The notes under the pieces were generated by a model. That model saw only the letters and a list, made by a program, of their open reading frames with translations. It did not search any database and was not told where the DNA came from. Shown piece after piece: positions 1 to 14,789 of a stretch of DNA of 64,000 bases. A program made the translations under genes and the position numbers. How positions within the stretch are numbered: position 1 is the first letter of the stretch; each line of letters begins with the position of its first letter. This DNA is from Octopus sinensis (taxonomy: Eukaryota), in assembly GCF_006345805.1 (NCBI RefSeq), contig NC_042997.1:82460001-82524000 (forward strand), read 5' to 3'.

Positions 1-3
1 TGT

Positions 4-780
4 ATCATCACCATCATTGTCGTTTAACATTCACTTTCTATGCTGGCATAGGTTGGATGGTTTGACTGAGGACTGGCGTGCCAGAAGGCTGCACCAGGCT
101 CAATCTGATCTGGCAAAGTTTCTACAGCTGGATGCCCTTCCTAATGCCAACCACTTCGAGAGTGTAGTGGGTGCTTTTACATGCCACCGGCACAAGGGCC
201 AGTTAAGTGGTTCTGGCAACAACCATGCTCAAAAGGTGTTTTTTACATGCTACCTGCACAGGAGCCAGTCCAGTGGCACTGGCAATGACCACACTCAAAT
301 GTTTTTCACATGCCACCAGCACATGTTCCAGTATGGTGACGCTGGCAACAATCATGCTCCAATGGCGCTTTTTATGTGCCACTGGTATGGGAGCCAATCT
401 GTGGCCCTGGCAACGATCACGCTAGGATGTACTTTTAATGTTCTACTGGCACGAGTGCCAATCAGGCAGTACTGTCATTGGTCACATCAGCGATTTTGAT
501 TTTGATTTTGATTTCACTTGCCTCAATAGGTTTTTGCAAAGTTTATTAAGGGGTATTCATAAGTGGGCTGGTTACACTCACTGGCATAGGCCACAGGCTA
601 TGGTTTCACTTGGCTTGTCAGGTCTTCTCATGTACAGCATATCTCCAAAGGTCTCAGGCACTATTCATTGCCTCAGTAAGGCCCAATATTCGAAGGTCAA
701 GCTTCATCACCTCATCCCAGGTTTTCCTGGGTCTACCGCTTCTACAGGTTCCCTCTACTGCTAGGGTATGACTTTTCTTA
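4..780 (-). mobile_element. RTE-clade LINE 3' fragment (3'UTR plus end of ORF)
   Basis: Starts with the (CAT)n-CGTTTAAC motif (reverse of the (GAT)n tail). Contains the CTACAGCTGGATGCCCTTCC 3'UTR core and the reverse-strand GRP(R)KTWDEV ORF end shared with the other copies. Confidence 0.85.
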
Positions 781-1365
781 AATTTGATGTTACCAAATTA
801 ATATCCAATTTTTCACCTTCATTTTAATTTTAATTTTAAATTAATACGTTCTCAAACCAGCAAAAGCTACTGCAGTGAATTATTTCATGCAGTATTTTTT
901 ATGGTATTTTAGTGTGCCAAAACGAGGACTTTTGAAAAATAACCACAAATGTAATAGGTAGAACTACATATATGTTCGACCTTGTGCGGACGTCTGGTGT
1001 GTAGTTCTGCAAATTACATTTGTATGGACGATCATACTGAAGATCTATGGACAAATTGCGTAAGTAAAATTACGTAATCTGTTGATAGTGAAACATTGTT
1101 TATGATTAATCTATATTTTTGTTACTTTTCATTTGTCTTGCTCGCTTACATTTCTGGTGTTTGCTAAATTTTCTGGAGAACATTTCTTAGTGGTAAGACC
1201 ATAGCGGATCTACTTCTAGCATTAGGGCTATCCACATAGTGGTCACCCCTCTCATATGTATGTAATACAATTTACTGAACCTCAGTTTTTTAATATGCTA
1301 GACCATTGGTGTTAAATTGATGTTACCAAATTAATATCCAATTTTTCACCCTCATTTTAATTTAA
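779..1365. repeat. ~50-bp direct repeat bounding a ~530-bp unclassified repeat
   Basis: TTGATGTTACCAAATTAATATCCAATTTTTCACC occurs at ~784 and ~1317. Confidence 0.5.
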
Positions 1366-2086
1366 TATTTTATATATATATACATACATACATACAAGAA
1401 CACACACACACATTATGAGAGTAACAGGTCCCTAAAAACCTTACCATAATACAAAATCCTGTAACACAAAATTAATCTCCCCATTGATTTTAATGTTATC
1501 AAATGACAAAGTGTACTGGTAAATTTTTAGTGGATTTTTGAAACAGATCTCATGAATAAAATGTATTTCTTGTAGCTTTTTTTTTTCCAGTATTTTTCAT
1601 TATTTATTCTATCTCACATTCTAAAATACATGTAATTCACATTTAAAGAAGTTTTTTTTAAAATCTGTGTTTCAAACTTCTTGGAATAGCTGTCACAATT
1701 AAAAATCAGTTTTTGTTTCCTTCCTGTATTTTTCATAATTTTATATCACATTTTCTGACACATTTGTAATTCATATTTTTAAAAACAGACTTTCTATAAA
1801 AAAAAAAGCCATGTTTTTCAAATTTTTAAACCCTTCTCCCTTTCCTATGCTGCAAAAATTAAATGAATTTAAGCTGGTCATCATTGTTGCAGCTTAAATC
1901 TTGTGACATTTACGATGCATGTGTAAAAACAAGCTTCATCTACTTCACACTACACTTGTGCAACCTTCCTAAGACATTTTTGGTGCATAGTGCCAGTTCC
2001 ATTTCGTAACATAACATATATACATATGTGTGTGTGTGTAAATGCATGTGTATGTTTGTGTGTATGTATATATATATATATATATA

Positions 2087-2430
2087 CTAGCACTATGACC
2101 CAGAAACGCTGGCTCATAGTGCTAGTGCACGCGCACATACACACGAGTACTGTCCAAATCTCCGACCAATCACATACAGCTAGCTGGCATTCAATTGGCG
2201 TATTAAGTTTCGGGCATTTTGATTGGGTTTTGGATAGAAAATTTTTTAAAAAGTCACTTCTATTGATTTTTTAATGGCTTTATGGGGTGACTGGGGAAAT
2301 GTAAAGATGTGCACGACCACCCTTGGACGGTTTTGAATGACCATAGAAAGTGCGAGCCCTCTAACTGAAAAATTGTGGATTTGTATAAAGGACACACACA
2401 CACAGACATTTTGCCATTTATATATAGAGA
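2087..2430 (-). mobile_element. Short non-autonomous Helitron
   Basis: Minus strand begins TCTCTATATATAAATGGCA...GTCTGTGTGTG, like the element at 19190. It ends in a hairpin plus CTAG(T) at 2087. Confidence 0.65.
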
Positions 2431-2601
2431 TATATATATATATATATACATACATACACACACATATATATACACACATATATATATATACACACATACA
2501 TATAGACAACAGAGTGATAGATAGATCTATATAGTGATATATATATGTATTATCAATGAAATGTATGTTTATATATACATATATATATGTATATATATGC
2601 A

Positions 2602-2651
<50 letters not shown>

Positions 2652-3129
2652 CATACACATGCATATCTCTTCTTTATTGTCTGTTCCATTAGCTCTTTAT
2701 CCTTCAGTTTTAGTTTTACACTCATTTATTTATCTTCATGTTTTATATATGTAATACAAACACAAAATGTTACAAAATAAACACCATTAAACACCTTGGG
2801 TAATACTTTTAACAATTACACCCTATTTACCTGATAAATATAAATGTAGTTGTTGCTTAGCCACCCACATTTTTCAAATCAACCCTAATCGATCACAGAA
2901 TTAACATGTGACAAAAGTTATTCCAGCTGTGAACAGGCCTGTGTTCTATTCAGACACAGTGCCAGTAATATGTAATGCCTACATGCTTATTTACTTCAGA
3001 TTGTAGGGTGTGATTTCAAGAAAGTTTGGCTACTTTTTTTAAACCACTGAGCAATAACTTAGAGGTTCTTTAGTTAAAACACAAGTTGTGGAATGGCACA
3101 TACATACATACATACATACATACATTCAT

Positions 3130-3164
<35 letters not shown>

Positions 3165-3179
3165 CATTACATGATAAGA

Positions 3180-4260
3180 ATAATAAGAATAATAATAACT
3201 CAAACGCGATATATATAGGGTCCACTTCCTCTAAAATAAAATTAAGAATCGCACAACATGAATTCATTTAAAAATAAAAACTTAATTAACTCCACTGGAC
3301 TTAGCAAGTACATTTGGAGACTTAAATCCCAAAATATTAATTATAATTTATCTTGGGAAATAATTAGTGAAACTAAATCATATACTATAGGAGCAAATTT
3401 TTGTTATTTATGTTCTAATGAGTTTAAGGAAATTTTATTTTATAAGCATGATAATTTACTGAATACCTGTGATGAGCACAAAATAAAATGCAGACACAAG
3501 TTACTTTACTTATATAATAAATTTCTTGATAAATAATGATTATTTCTTAGCCTTAATTAGCTCCCTATTTGTTGTTTTATGTAATAGTATTATAAATATA
3601 CCAGGTGATTTGTAGTACTTATTATATTAGTTTATTTTAGTTATTTAGGTTCTGTTTTTAATTATAGTTAGATTATAGATGGTTGTTCATTTTATTACTA
3701 AATATTTTATTACTAAATATATTTTTAATAAATATTTAATGGTTTATTGAATATAGAGTCTGATAAGTTACAATTTTATTTATTTTATATATTTTGTTAT
3801 ATTTCTATTACAACTTCGTCAAATTATAATTTTGTTATATTAATCTATTTGTATGTAATCTCTTTATATTTGAAATAGTTTTATTTAGTTGTTTATTTAA
3901 TCCATTTTATTTAATATAGAAGTATAGATTAGATTAATTTTTTAGATTTAACTTCTATTTTGTATTGTAGTATGACTATAGACATTTATATATCTGTTTA
4001 TTTTATAATATATGTGGATGTGTGTGTATGTATATATGTGTATATGATGATGTGTGTATATATATATATATGTATATACATTTATTTATGTGTATGTGTG
4101 TGTATATATAGGTGTAAGTGTATATATTGAGTATTGTATGTATGTACATGTATGTATGAGTGTGCATGTGTGTGGGTGTATGTGTGTGTATATATGTGTG
4201 TATATATGTATATGAATGTATGTGTGTATGTATGTGTATATGTGTATGTATATGTATATG

Positions 4261-4334
<74 letters not shown>

Positions 4335-6150
4335 GTATATATATATGTATATGTATGTATATATTCTTATATATTTATGTATACGTATGTATAGTTATAC
4401 TACAAATTTTGATAAGTATTTATAGATTTTGTTATGATCACTAATTTTAGCTTATAATTTTAAGGGCATGGGAAAGAATTTATAGTATGTAGAGCGGTTA
4501 CTATATAAATTAATTTTTATATATTTATTAATCTTATAAGATTTTTAGAATATACTTAATAATTAGTGGTTTTTAATAATCTAAATCATTTAATTTATTT
4601 TGTATTAAGTTTCATTTATCATAGTTATTTTATTAATAAATATTATAGTATAGAGAGATTTTATTCTTTATTTGTGAATTCATTCTTTTTACAATGATAA
4701 ACAAATAATTTTCCATTCGTAATCTTTAATAAACGTAGGTTCCTCACGCGTAATGAATTCTTCAACAATTTCTTCTTTTTTTTTTTTTTGCTAATAACGT
4801 AATTCCACGAGTATTCTTATAAACGCTGTAAAAGACGTTTTTTGATTCAAAATTTTAGTTCATTGATTAAACCTCGCCAAGTTAAGAATGTATTTATTTA
4901 AGATCTTCAAATTGTAAATTTTAATATTGTATAAGCCTTTGGAGTAATAATATTCTCCTTATGTAAATATCGTTGTTTATGTAATGATCTAATTATCGGA
5001 ATTTTCTATATTATTAGATATTAAACTTAAGTTTATTCGTAAGATACTTCTTAGTGATAGATGTGTTATTTGATAGCAAGCATACTAGGTGTATTAAGTT
5101 AGGCTTTGTATATACATGTTTTAATAGTATTTGTAGTTTTAAATTTATAATTAAATTAGATAAACTTTGATAAACTTAGATATGTTTCGACTAAAGATTG
5201 GTCTAGGCCATGTCTAATTTAATAGCATAACTTAGTTATTTCTTTAAATTTATATTCGATAATTATTCCCATTCATAATTATATTTATAGTACTTATAGT
5301 ATTTATTCAATACTATATTACTAAGAATTGATTATTTCTAAAGGTATTTTACATAAAATTTCTGAAAGTTCGTTTAAGTTAGTTTATTTGTATTTTGAAA
5401 TTAGCTATTTCATCTTTAAATATGAAAAATTAAATTTATTAGGTTTTTATTATATACAATTATTTATAGAGATTATTTTAGATCTTGATTATAATATTTA
5501 TATATATATTTTCATTGATAATTTATATATATTAGTCATTTTAAATATTTATGTAATTAGATATAGACTAATTTTGATATTAGATTATGGGTTTCCTACC
5601 TTATAAATTAAAATTAATATTTAACATTATAGTCGATTTGGATATAATCATATTTGATAATAGAGTTTATTATAAGTAAAATTATTATATTATATATATT
5701 ATTTATATCTTAAAAATATTGATTATATTTTAGATATTTAAACCACCTGAAGAATGACTGGAACTTGAAAATTTTAAGAATTGAACAGCCATGAAACGAT
5801 CATAGTGTTATATTAATTATCTTTTTTAATAATTTTGATATATATTTAAATAATATAAATTAATTAATCTTATGTATTGGCTTAAGTTTTTCATTGTATG
5901 ATTTGCCTAATAGTGGTTTTGTCTCTAATTTAATATTATATATATATATATATTCTAATAATAATAATATTAGGGAGTAAATTTAAGTATAAATTATTAA
6001 TTTAAATAATTTAAAAATTTTAACTTTAATTTAAATATTTTAAATTTTGAATTTTATATTTTATATATTTTTTATTAATTTTATTTCTATGTATTGGTTT
6101 ATGATTTTCACTGTTTGATTTGCCTAATAGTGGTTTTATCTCTAATTTAA
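3180..6150 (+). mobile_element. Penelope-like element 3' fragment: GIY-YIG endonuclease remnant plus long AT-rich 3' region
   Basis: IYIGST...RIAQH (frameshift) NSFKN...STGLSKYIWRLK...LSWEII...CYLC...KCRHK. Degenerate HHR at 5744-5807. A ~60-bp terminal direct repeat occurs at 5872 and 6089. Confidence 0.8.
5744..5807 (+). ncRNA. Degenerate type I hammerhead ribozyme motif
   Basis: CAC-CTGAAGA-ATGACTG...CAGCCAT-GAAAC-GATC-ATA-GTG. Stem I is CAC/GTG. There is one mismatch in stem II and one in stem III. Confidence 0.55.
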
Positions 6151-6160
6151 CATATATATA

Positions 6161-6231
<71 letters not shown>

Positions 6232-6309
6232 ATATGTATATATACATAATGAATAAGGAGAATAATACATTAACACATTTTTTTTATTATCAAAGTAATT
6301 TATACAGTA

Positions 6310-7382
6310 TCATCATCATCATCATCATTTAACGTCTACTTCCCATGCTGGCAAGGGCAGGACAGTTTGACAGAGGACTGGCAAGCCAGAAGGTTGCACC
6401 AGGCTCCAATCTGATCTGGCAAGGTTTCTACAGCTGGATGCCCTTCCCAACACCAACCACTCTGAAAGTGTAGTGGGTGCTTTTTACATGCCACCTGCAT
6501 GGGGACCAGTCAGACAGCACTGCCATCGACCACACTTGAATGGTGCTTTTTTCATGTCACCAGCATGGGAGCCAGTCAGGTGGCACTGGCATCGATCATG
6601 CTCAAATGGTGCTTTCTATGTGCCACTGACATGAGTGTCAGTCAGGCAGCACTGGCATCAGCCATGACTATGATTTTGCTTGATTCAACAGGTCTTCTCA
6701 AGCACAGCATATTGCCTAATGATTGAAGGGTACTTTTAAATGGGCCGGTCATGCAATATTGGCATCGTCATGGCTACAATCTCAATTGACTTGATGGGCC
6801 TTCTCAATCACAGCATATCTCCAAAGGTCTCAGTCACTTGTCATTGTCTCTGTGAGGCCCAACATTCAATGGTTGTGCATCACTATCTCATCCCACGTCT
6901 TTCTGGATCTACCTCTTCCACAGGTTCCTTCCACTGTAGGGTGTAACACTTCTTCACACAGCTGTCCTCATCCATATGTGACACATGACCATACCAGTGC
7001 AGTTGTCTCCCTTTCACATCACATCTGATGCTCCCTATATCCAACTTTTCTTTCAGGGTGCTTACACTCTATTGTTTATGCACACTAACACTACACAGTG
7101 GAGAATTACTAGCTTCATTTCTTTCAATCCTATGCATGTCCTCAGCAGTCACAGCCCATGTTTCACTGTCAACTAGCATGGCTGTTCACACACATGCATC
7201 ATACAGTCTACTTTTCACTCTGAGCAAGAGGCCTTTTGTTATCAGCAGAGGTGGGAGCTCTCTGAACTTTGCCCAGCCTATTCTTATTCTAGCAGCTACA
7301 CTCTCACAGCATCCACCCCTGCTACTGACTTGGTCACCTAGGTAACGGAAGCTATCAACTACTAGTTTTTCCCCCTGGCATG
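6310..7382 (-). mobile_element. RTE LINE 3' fragment
   Basis: (CAT)n tail, 3'UTR core, and reverse-strand RT C-terminus (LGDQVSSRGGC...RIRIGWAKFREL). Confidence 0.9.
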
Positions 7383-7638
7383 TTTCTTTAGATTCTTCAC
7401 CTTAATATACTTAGAGATTTAACTGGTTAAAGCTTTATATTTGACATCACAACTTCAATACATATGGATAAATTGCTTCTTTTAAAAAGAAGAACTCAAA
7501 ATAGATAAAGCTATAAATAAGAGCATGTAGAAAATTGAGTTAAAAAACACCTTGGATAGAAAAAGTCAAAGACTGCTCATTAGACTCAACTGTATCTATG
7601 TCCCACATGCAGCATATATATATATATATATATATATA

Positions 7639-8364
7639 CAGGGTGCGATGAGTAAATTGCTGTACTGTTTGGCATTCACATCGGAAGCTCCAATATGAAG
7701 AGATGGTGAACACATAGAATAACCGTTGACTTGCGTCCCCAAAAATGTACTGAGACTAATAAAAATCAAATATCCAGTCAACATCATGGTGCTTGGAGTG
7801 ATCACCAGTGATGGTGACATTATGCCTCCATTCATCTTTGCACACGACCTTAGACTCAACATGGAGGCCCACGTCAAGTGCCTAGAGGAGGTAGTGCTGC
7901 CCTGGGTGGCTGCTGGAAGACCCTATGTCTAGCAACAGGACTCTGCACCATGCCATACAAGCAAAAGAACCCAGTCATGGCTGTCAGACAATTTCTGCAA
8001 CCATATCACACCTAACATCTGACCACTTAACTTCCCAGACTGCAACCCCTTTGATTATTATGTGCAGGATGTACTTGAGTGACAGACCAACAAAACTCCT
8101 TGTAATACCAAAGATGAACTGAAGGTAAGGATTATGGCAGCATTTACCAACTTAAATAAGGAGACCATCCAGAAGAGTTGCAGGAGATTCCAAAGTTGTC
8201 TGGAGGCCATAGTTAAATCCAATGGCGATTTTATTGAATAAATTTATTCTTTAGTACTTCAAGATATTTCAATGTAATTTTGGTAAATATATCTGTTAAA
8301 ATGTGATGTCAGAGTTATTTTCATTTTTGTGTAGTTTAGACGATAATACATTCACCGCACCCTA
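7639..8364 (+). mobile_element. Internally deleted Tc1/mariner-superfamily transposon, DD37D (maT-type)
   Basis: TA-flanked termini CAGGGTGCG / CGCACCCT. Remnant IMVLGVITSDG...QQDSAPCH...PDCNPLDY has 37 residues between the last two Asp and carries in-frame stops. Confidence 0.85.
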
Positions 8365-8941
8365 TATATTTCAGTTTATCCCAACAAATTTTCTATAGAA
8401 TTCAGATCCAGCACTGAACTGTATAAAAAATCTGTACAGAAAAGCTTAAAAATGAAAACAACAAACTGCTAACACAAAAAATGAGGCACAGTATTGATAA
8501 GTAAAACTTTGATATACTTAGTAGTATATTAAGATTGCAAAATGAAATCCTGTGTCCTTACTAGTGCAGAAGGAAAAAGATTAAGAGAAGTTATTTAAGA
8601 AAGAAAGGATGATTTGCATTTTTATAAGTTATTTCACTTCTAGTCACAATAATATATTATATGACTTTAAAATTTCCCTCTGCTAAGCACTTTATGTTTC
8701 TCTCTTTCTCTCTACCTCTTCAACAAACTTTTTAACCATGTAATTCTCCTCTTCATGTCTGTAACATTTCTCTCTTTCTCTTCACCTCTCATTTCCACTA
8801 ACCACATGAGTAACAGCATAATGCACTAGCTAGCTATCCACTCTCTTTCTCATTCTCACATTCCCTCTTTTTCTCCCTCACACCACCATCTCCTCTCTAA
8901 CAAACTAAAGTGTAAAGTATGAAAAAACAGGTAGAAGAATA

Positions 8942-9217
8942 TTGATATGGGGGTCAATTCGGAAACAGAGTGCTACGACCTACTTTTGTGATCTGGCGTC
9001 AAGCAGCCGGGTAAATCTTTTGTTATGCCAGATTCTGGGGAAATTTATGTATTTAGGAAGTGACATTTTGACCCCTACAGTCCGGGGGGGGGGGGTAAAG
9101 TTTAAGGAAAAAATAAATCTGCTACCCTTTAAAATCGTTGTCGCTCGACTTGGTAGGGTCCCGGGTTTCCGAAGAGTTTGAGCGATGGCAGGTGGTACGT
9201 AACAATATTATAGATTA
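8942..9217. repeat. Unclassified CpG-rich interspersed repeat fragment
   Basis: Abrupt compositional change and CpG retention relative to the flanks. Ends ATATTATAGATT. No diagnostic motif. Confidence 0.3.
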
Positions 9218-9767
9218 ATTCAATAACAAAAAAAAAATACTTTTCACTATCAACACACCACCATCATCATCAGTGTCACTATAGTTTTCAGTAACAAAAC
9301 TCATTTCATTTCAGTCCAGTTCAGCTGTTTGTTTAATATCTACTTTTTCTTGCTGATGATGTATCTCTACTCTGACAATACAAATGCTATCAGCCTCTCT
9401 CTTCCTCTTTCTCTTTTTCAATACAACTGTTTCCCTTGTCCATCTATCTCTACCTGCTTTTCTTTAACGTAACCACTAGAACATCACCCTCTGTTAAATA
9501 TTGTATCCTAAACATATTTCTTGCTCCTTACTTTCCCTCCCCACCCTACTGCACATCATTAACACTTCTCTCATCCTTTTTCATGCCGTCTTTCTTGCAC
9601 TTTGCCTCTCCCTCCAACTAACTATGCAATGCAATTGGCCTTAGTGTATTATTATATACCTCTCTTCTTTCTTACATTCATCCCCCCTCTCTCTCTCACT
9701 TTTACTCCACCTCCCTCTCTCTAGCTAATTAAAGTATAGTGGGCAAACAAAGCAGATTATTATATAC

Positions 9768-9800
<33 letters not shown>

Positions 9801-10198
9801 TACGTGTATGTGTATGTATGTACATACATACACATACATATGTATTCACACACACACGCATGCATGCATATGTGTGTGTGTGTAAACACTTCACTACACT
9901 GTACCCAGTTCTTCTTCTGCTCTCCTTCCCTTTTTTCCTCCTCCTCACCATCATCCACACCTACACCTACACTTACACCTTCTCACCATACCTAACCTTT
10001 ATTCCTTTCTGCAACAACTCCTGATTCCTTTCTAACTTTCCTCTTCAATGCTTGCAATCCCCTATACAGCTATCTCACTTGCTGTTCAAAAACAATTCAT
10101 TACTCTAGCCACATCACTTCCCTTAACTATTGTCTCCATCATCACATCATACCCTGTGGTTTCCACTTGAAATTCCATGCTACACTCTACTCTTCTCC

Positions 10199-10277
10199 CC
10201 TCATTAAACCCATCATCAAGCATATTTCCCACCTCCTCATCAAACCCATCATCAAGCATATTTCCCACCTCCTCATC
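10199..10277. repeat. 36-bp tandem duplication
   Basis: CTCAT(T/C)AAACCCATCATCAAGCATATTTCCCACCTC occurs twice. Confidence 0.8.
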
Positions 10278-10639
10278 CACTCTACCATCTGTTCCACCCA
10301 CTCCCGCAAGCTTATTTTCTCCTCTCCTCTCTTTGCCCTCTACCCTTCAACCAACCTATTCTCTGCTTCCTGCTAGGCCTCAACCACCAACTCTTCAATT
10401 TCCTCACACACACTAAGAACCAAAAATTACACCCTCTCCTCAACCCCTCTGCTATACCCACCTCCCATCCCTTAAGCCCCTCCCATTTCCTGTCCAGACA
10501 TTCCCACACCACTCTCCCCATCCCTCCATTCCAACCTTCTTTCCACACTTCCAGCACCTCTCCTCGACACCATGCCCCTACCCCACTCCCATGTGATGTG
10601 GTCACCATACCATCCAACCTTCCCTTTTCTGCTGCCAAA

Positions 10640-12760
10640 CATTCACTCTTAGATAGGGGTCTCTGACAGACACCTCTCACGCCCCACTGCAATGAATTTG
10701 GGACCCACACTGATGTCAGTCAGTTCATGTGCTGCACTAAACTGCATGCATATTTTCACACATTTACACAGCATCACAACAATCGAATTGCTATTTGGAA
10801 CTAGGGTACTGCCCATCCAATTGGACACTGCCTCCTGGCTAGTTCAGCAGTCTGGACTTGTTTGTGCATGACTGTAACATGCTGGTCAACCGATTCAATT
10901 TAAAAAAAAGATCCTGCTAGACCATCATCACCTGAGCTGAATCGGTTGCCCTTTGCAACCTCCATCGCTGGAATGACATCATCATCAAGCCAGCAGACAG
11001 GTGGGGCAGTGGTGGTGTGGCGTGTTAACCTGTACAGGGAAGAAGTGCTCTAACAACTTCCGAACCCTGCATTCTATTGCCTCCTCCCCTCTGACCTCAA
11101 CCCTCCTACCAACAGTGTGTGTCCTCCACCATCCATGACCTTGTCTTGTCTTCTGCCCTACCTCTTACTGTCACCAACCTCATCATCCATACTCCTCATA
11201 CCTCCACCATCTATTTCTTTCTCAAAATTCTACAAACTGACAAACCCAGCTGCCCTTTAGTCTCCGTATGTAACTGCCCCACTGAACTCATTTCCAAATA
11301 CCTCAACCTCATTCTTTCCCCTTTAGTCACTGCCCTCCAGTCTCATATACATGACACCAACCATGCCCTTTGCCTCTTCAATTCCTTTTTCTACCCTCCC
11401 AGCCCTTCACATCACTTTTTCAGCATGGACATAGAATCTCTATACACTATGAACCCCAACAATGATGGCCTCTTAGCACTCCAATACTTCCTCAACTGTC
11501 ACTCTGACCCCATATGCAGCACTTTCACACTTCTCTACCTAGTTGAACTTATCCACACCCTCAATAGCTTTATGTTCATGGGAGAGATTTACCAACATTT
11601 ATCTGGAGTTACCATAGGAACAAGAAAGGGCCTCAGTTTTGCCAACTTATTTGTCAGTTACATTGAGACCTAAATCTTCTTACAGTTCTCCAGACTAACC
11701 TCAGAGCCATATGGTTGCTATATAGATGACTACATTGGTACTACCTCCCTCTCCCATGAACAGCTCTCCAACTTCATCTCTTTTGTCTCTAACTTCCACC
11801 CTTCTCTTGAATTTACCTCTATTGTTTTTGATACTTCCGTGAACTTCCTTGACATCTCTCTCTCCATTGATCCCCTCACCCACTCTCTGCCTTCTTTAAA
11901 CCCACAGACTCCTACCTCTACCTAAATTTTTCCTCCTTCCACCCTTCCCACACCTAATGGGCAACCCCTACTCCCAGTTCCTCTGCCTCCAGCACCTGTG
12001 CAGCCAGGACCAGGATTTCGAAATTCAGTCTCAATACCTAGCCCACTTATTTATGCATTGTGGATACCCATCCACCCTTGTCCAAACTGCATTTACCAGC
12101 ACCTGCCAAATTGATCGCACCACTGCCCTCTCTCCTTCCCACACCCATCCCAACTGCATTCCCTTTCCCCTCCTTTTTTACCCCTCCATTGGAAGATCCT
12201 ACGGGCTTTCCATCATCTCCAACTAGATCCCACCACCCCCTATTTTCCCCAACCCACCCATACCCTTCTTCAAATACGCCCACAACCTATGCGGCCTACT
12301 GGTCCCTAGCACCCTCCCCTCCTCCATTCTCACCCAACCCGGGTCCTTCCCTTGCTCCATACCTTGATGCTACACCTGTCTGTTCATCATCGACACCACC
12401 TCCTTCACTGGATCAAATCAGCACACCCTCTACATCCATAATTCCTCCTGCACTTCTTCCAACCTTATTTACTGTATCAGATGCAATCTTTGAAACCACT
12501 TTTATGTTGGTCAGATGGGTTGTCAGCTAGCCAACTGGTACACAGAACACCTATGGAACATCCATCTACATATGAACACCCCAGTTGCCCATCATTTTTC
12601 CTCAGTCAGTCACTCCACCTCACACCTCACTGTCTTTGGCCTTGCCCTACACCAAGGATCCACCAACACCAGACTTCGCTTTGATCAGCGCTACATTTTT
12701 ACCCTACAAACTCAAACTCCTTTTGGACTCAACAACCTCTTCCTTTCAGTGACATCCTCC
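10640..12760 (+). mobile_element. Degenerate Penelope-like element (RT + GIY-YIG pseudogene)
   Basis: IIKPADR..AVVV, MDIESLYT, SGVTIGT..G.SFANLF, YIDDYIG, NLIYCIRC..YVGQ and PVAHHF motifs, broken by many stops and frameshifts. Confidence 0.85.
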
Positions 12761-12996
12761 ACACACATTTTTAAAGAAACATTTTTATTTAATTTAATTT
12801 ATTTTTTAAATTTCATTTATTTCATTTGTTCTATTTATTTTTTATTATATTTATTATATTCTTTTGTTTTCTTATTTTCAATTTTTATTTTTTTATTTTT
12901 GTTTTATTTATCTATTTATTATTTCCCTTTTTATTTGTTTCTTCTGCACGTCCTCACGTTCACTTTTTTCATTTTTTATTTGAATTGCTTTTTATT

Positions 12997-13032
<36 letters not shown>

Positions 13033-13037
13033 CTTAA

Positions 13038-13070
<33 letters not shown>

Positions 13071-13664
13071 TCATCATCATCATCATCATCGTTTAACGTC
13101 CGTTCTCCATGCTAGCATGAGTTGGACGGTTCGACTGGGGATCTGGGAAGCCAGAGGACTGCACCAGGCTCCAGTCTTATCTGGCAATGTTTCTACAGCT
13201 GGATGCCCTTCCTAATGCCAACCACTCCGTGAGTGTAGTGGGTGCTTTTTACATGCCACCTGCACAGGTGCCAGGCAAGGCTGGCATCGGCCACGGTCAG
13301 ATTGGTGCATTTTACGTGCCACCGGCACAGAAGCCAGTCGAGGTGGCACTGGCTTCGGCCACGATTCTTATGCATGCCTTTCCTGCCTTGGACACACAAA
13401 GACCTGTTGAGGCAAGCGAAGTCGATATCGAACCTCATCCGACGACAGGCACCCATGCCAACCCCCCTTTGCTTGCGAAGAAGACCTGTTGGGACAAGTG
13501 AAATCGAAATCGAAATCGGAATCGAAATTGAACCAATCCTATGACTGGCACCCGGCAGATGCCAGGACCCCTGGACTGGTGGTACGTAAAAAGCACTATC
13601 CGAATCGTGGCCAATGCCAGCGCCGCCTCGACTGGCTTCCGTGCTGGTGGCATGTAAAAAGCAC
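13071..13664 (-). mobile_element. RTE LINE 3'UTR insertion with inverted 5' part
   Basis: 13071-13366 matches the other copies on the minus strand. 13367-13664 is the reverse complement of the adjoining upstream UTR seen at ~39150-39390. Confidence 0.8.
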
Positions 13665-14789
13665 ATATATATATATATATATATATCAACTCTACATACT
13701 CAATGTATGTGCTTTGTTTGCCACATTCATTGCAGTATGGTGCTTGGGGACAACTCCCTTATACCACTGAGCATTTAAAAACCTGAAAGTCATAGACAGG
13801 CGAGACAACTCACCTTGGATCAAATTCAGGAGTGATGGATATTGATATTTTGCCATTTTTGTGGCTTATCAATATCAGAATTGAACTGGGGTCAAATTGA
13901 ATCACCAATCTATGGCTATATATAAAATACTATTTGATGACCTGTAAGATTAAATTCAATAACAAATTAAAATCAATGCTAGAGATGTAAATATCATTGA
14001 CTGCACATATCCAATGTATGAGCTTTGTTTGTTTACCATGCTGTATCTATGGACGTATACCCAGATATGCAAACAGCTGATAGGCATGCTCTCTCACACG
14101 CATCCACGACAACCCGCCTTTCTCCCTCACACACATACACATTTAAATGTACTATCTATTATGCATGCATATACTCCCACTCATAGAAGCTCATGCTTAA
14201 GCTTGTGGTTGTCCATCAAATTTGGTCATCTCCTTCAATTGTGGTCATTTGATGAGTGTACTTCTTAAAGTGCAGCAGCAAAAGAAAATGCAGCTATTTG
14301 TTCATCCAGAGAACTGCGACTGTTACTACCTATGCTGCACCTACTGTGTACTCTTACAAAGAATTCTATGGAAGTAACAACATTTCATCACTGCAAGTGC
14401 ATGTAATATCCTTACTGCTGCAATGACAATAAATAAGTTAAATATAGTTCCCACCAATATCCACCTTGCCTGCTCTCTATACATCCCCTTCCATTGTTAT
14501 ACTTCTTAGACTGCATTTTGTTGCTCATAAGGACCAAAGTTATAGATGCTCTGCATTTGAGCTGCAGGCTGGCGGCTGGCAGATTAAAGTAGCATAGAAA
14601 CAATTATGGGACTTTGCTTTGATTCTAAATATATATATCACTTATGGGGACAAACCTCAGGGTGTTGACTTGATAAGTCTGGATGCAATGTAGGAACACA
14701 CTCAGAAATTTGTATTAGGTACATACTCTCTCTCACACACATACACTATGTGAGAGAGAGAGTTTGTGTGTGTATATCTATCTATCTAT

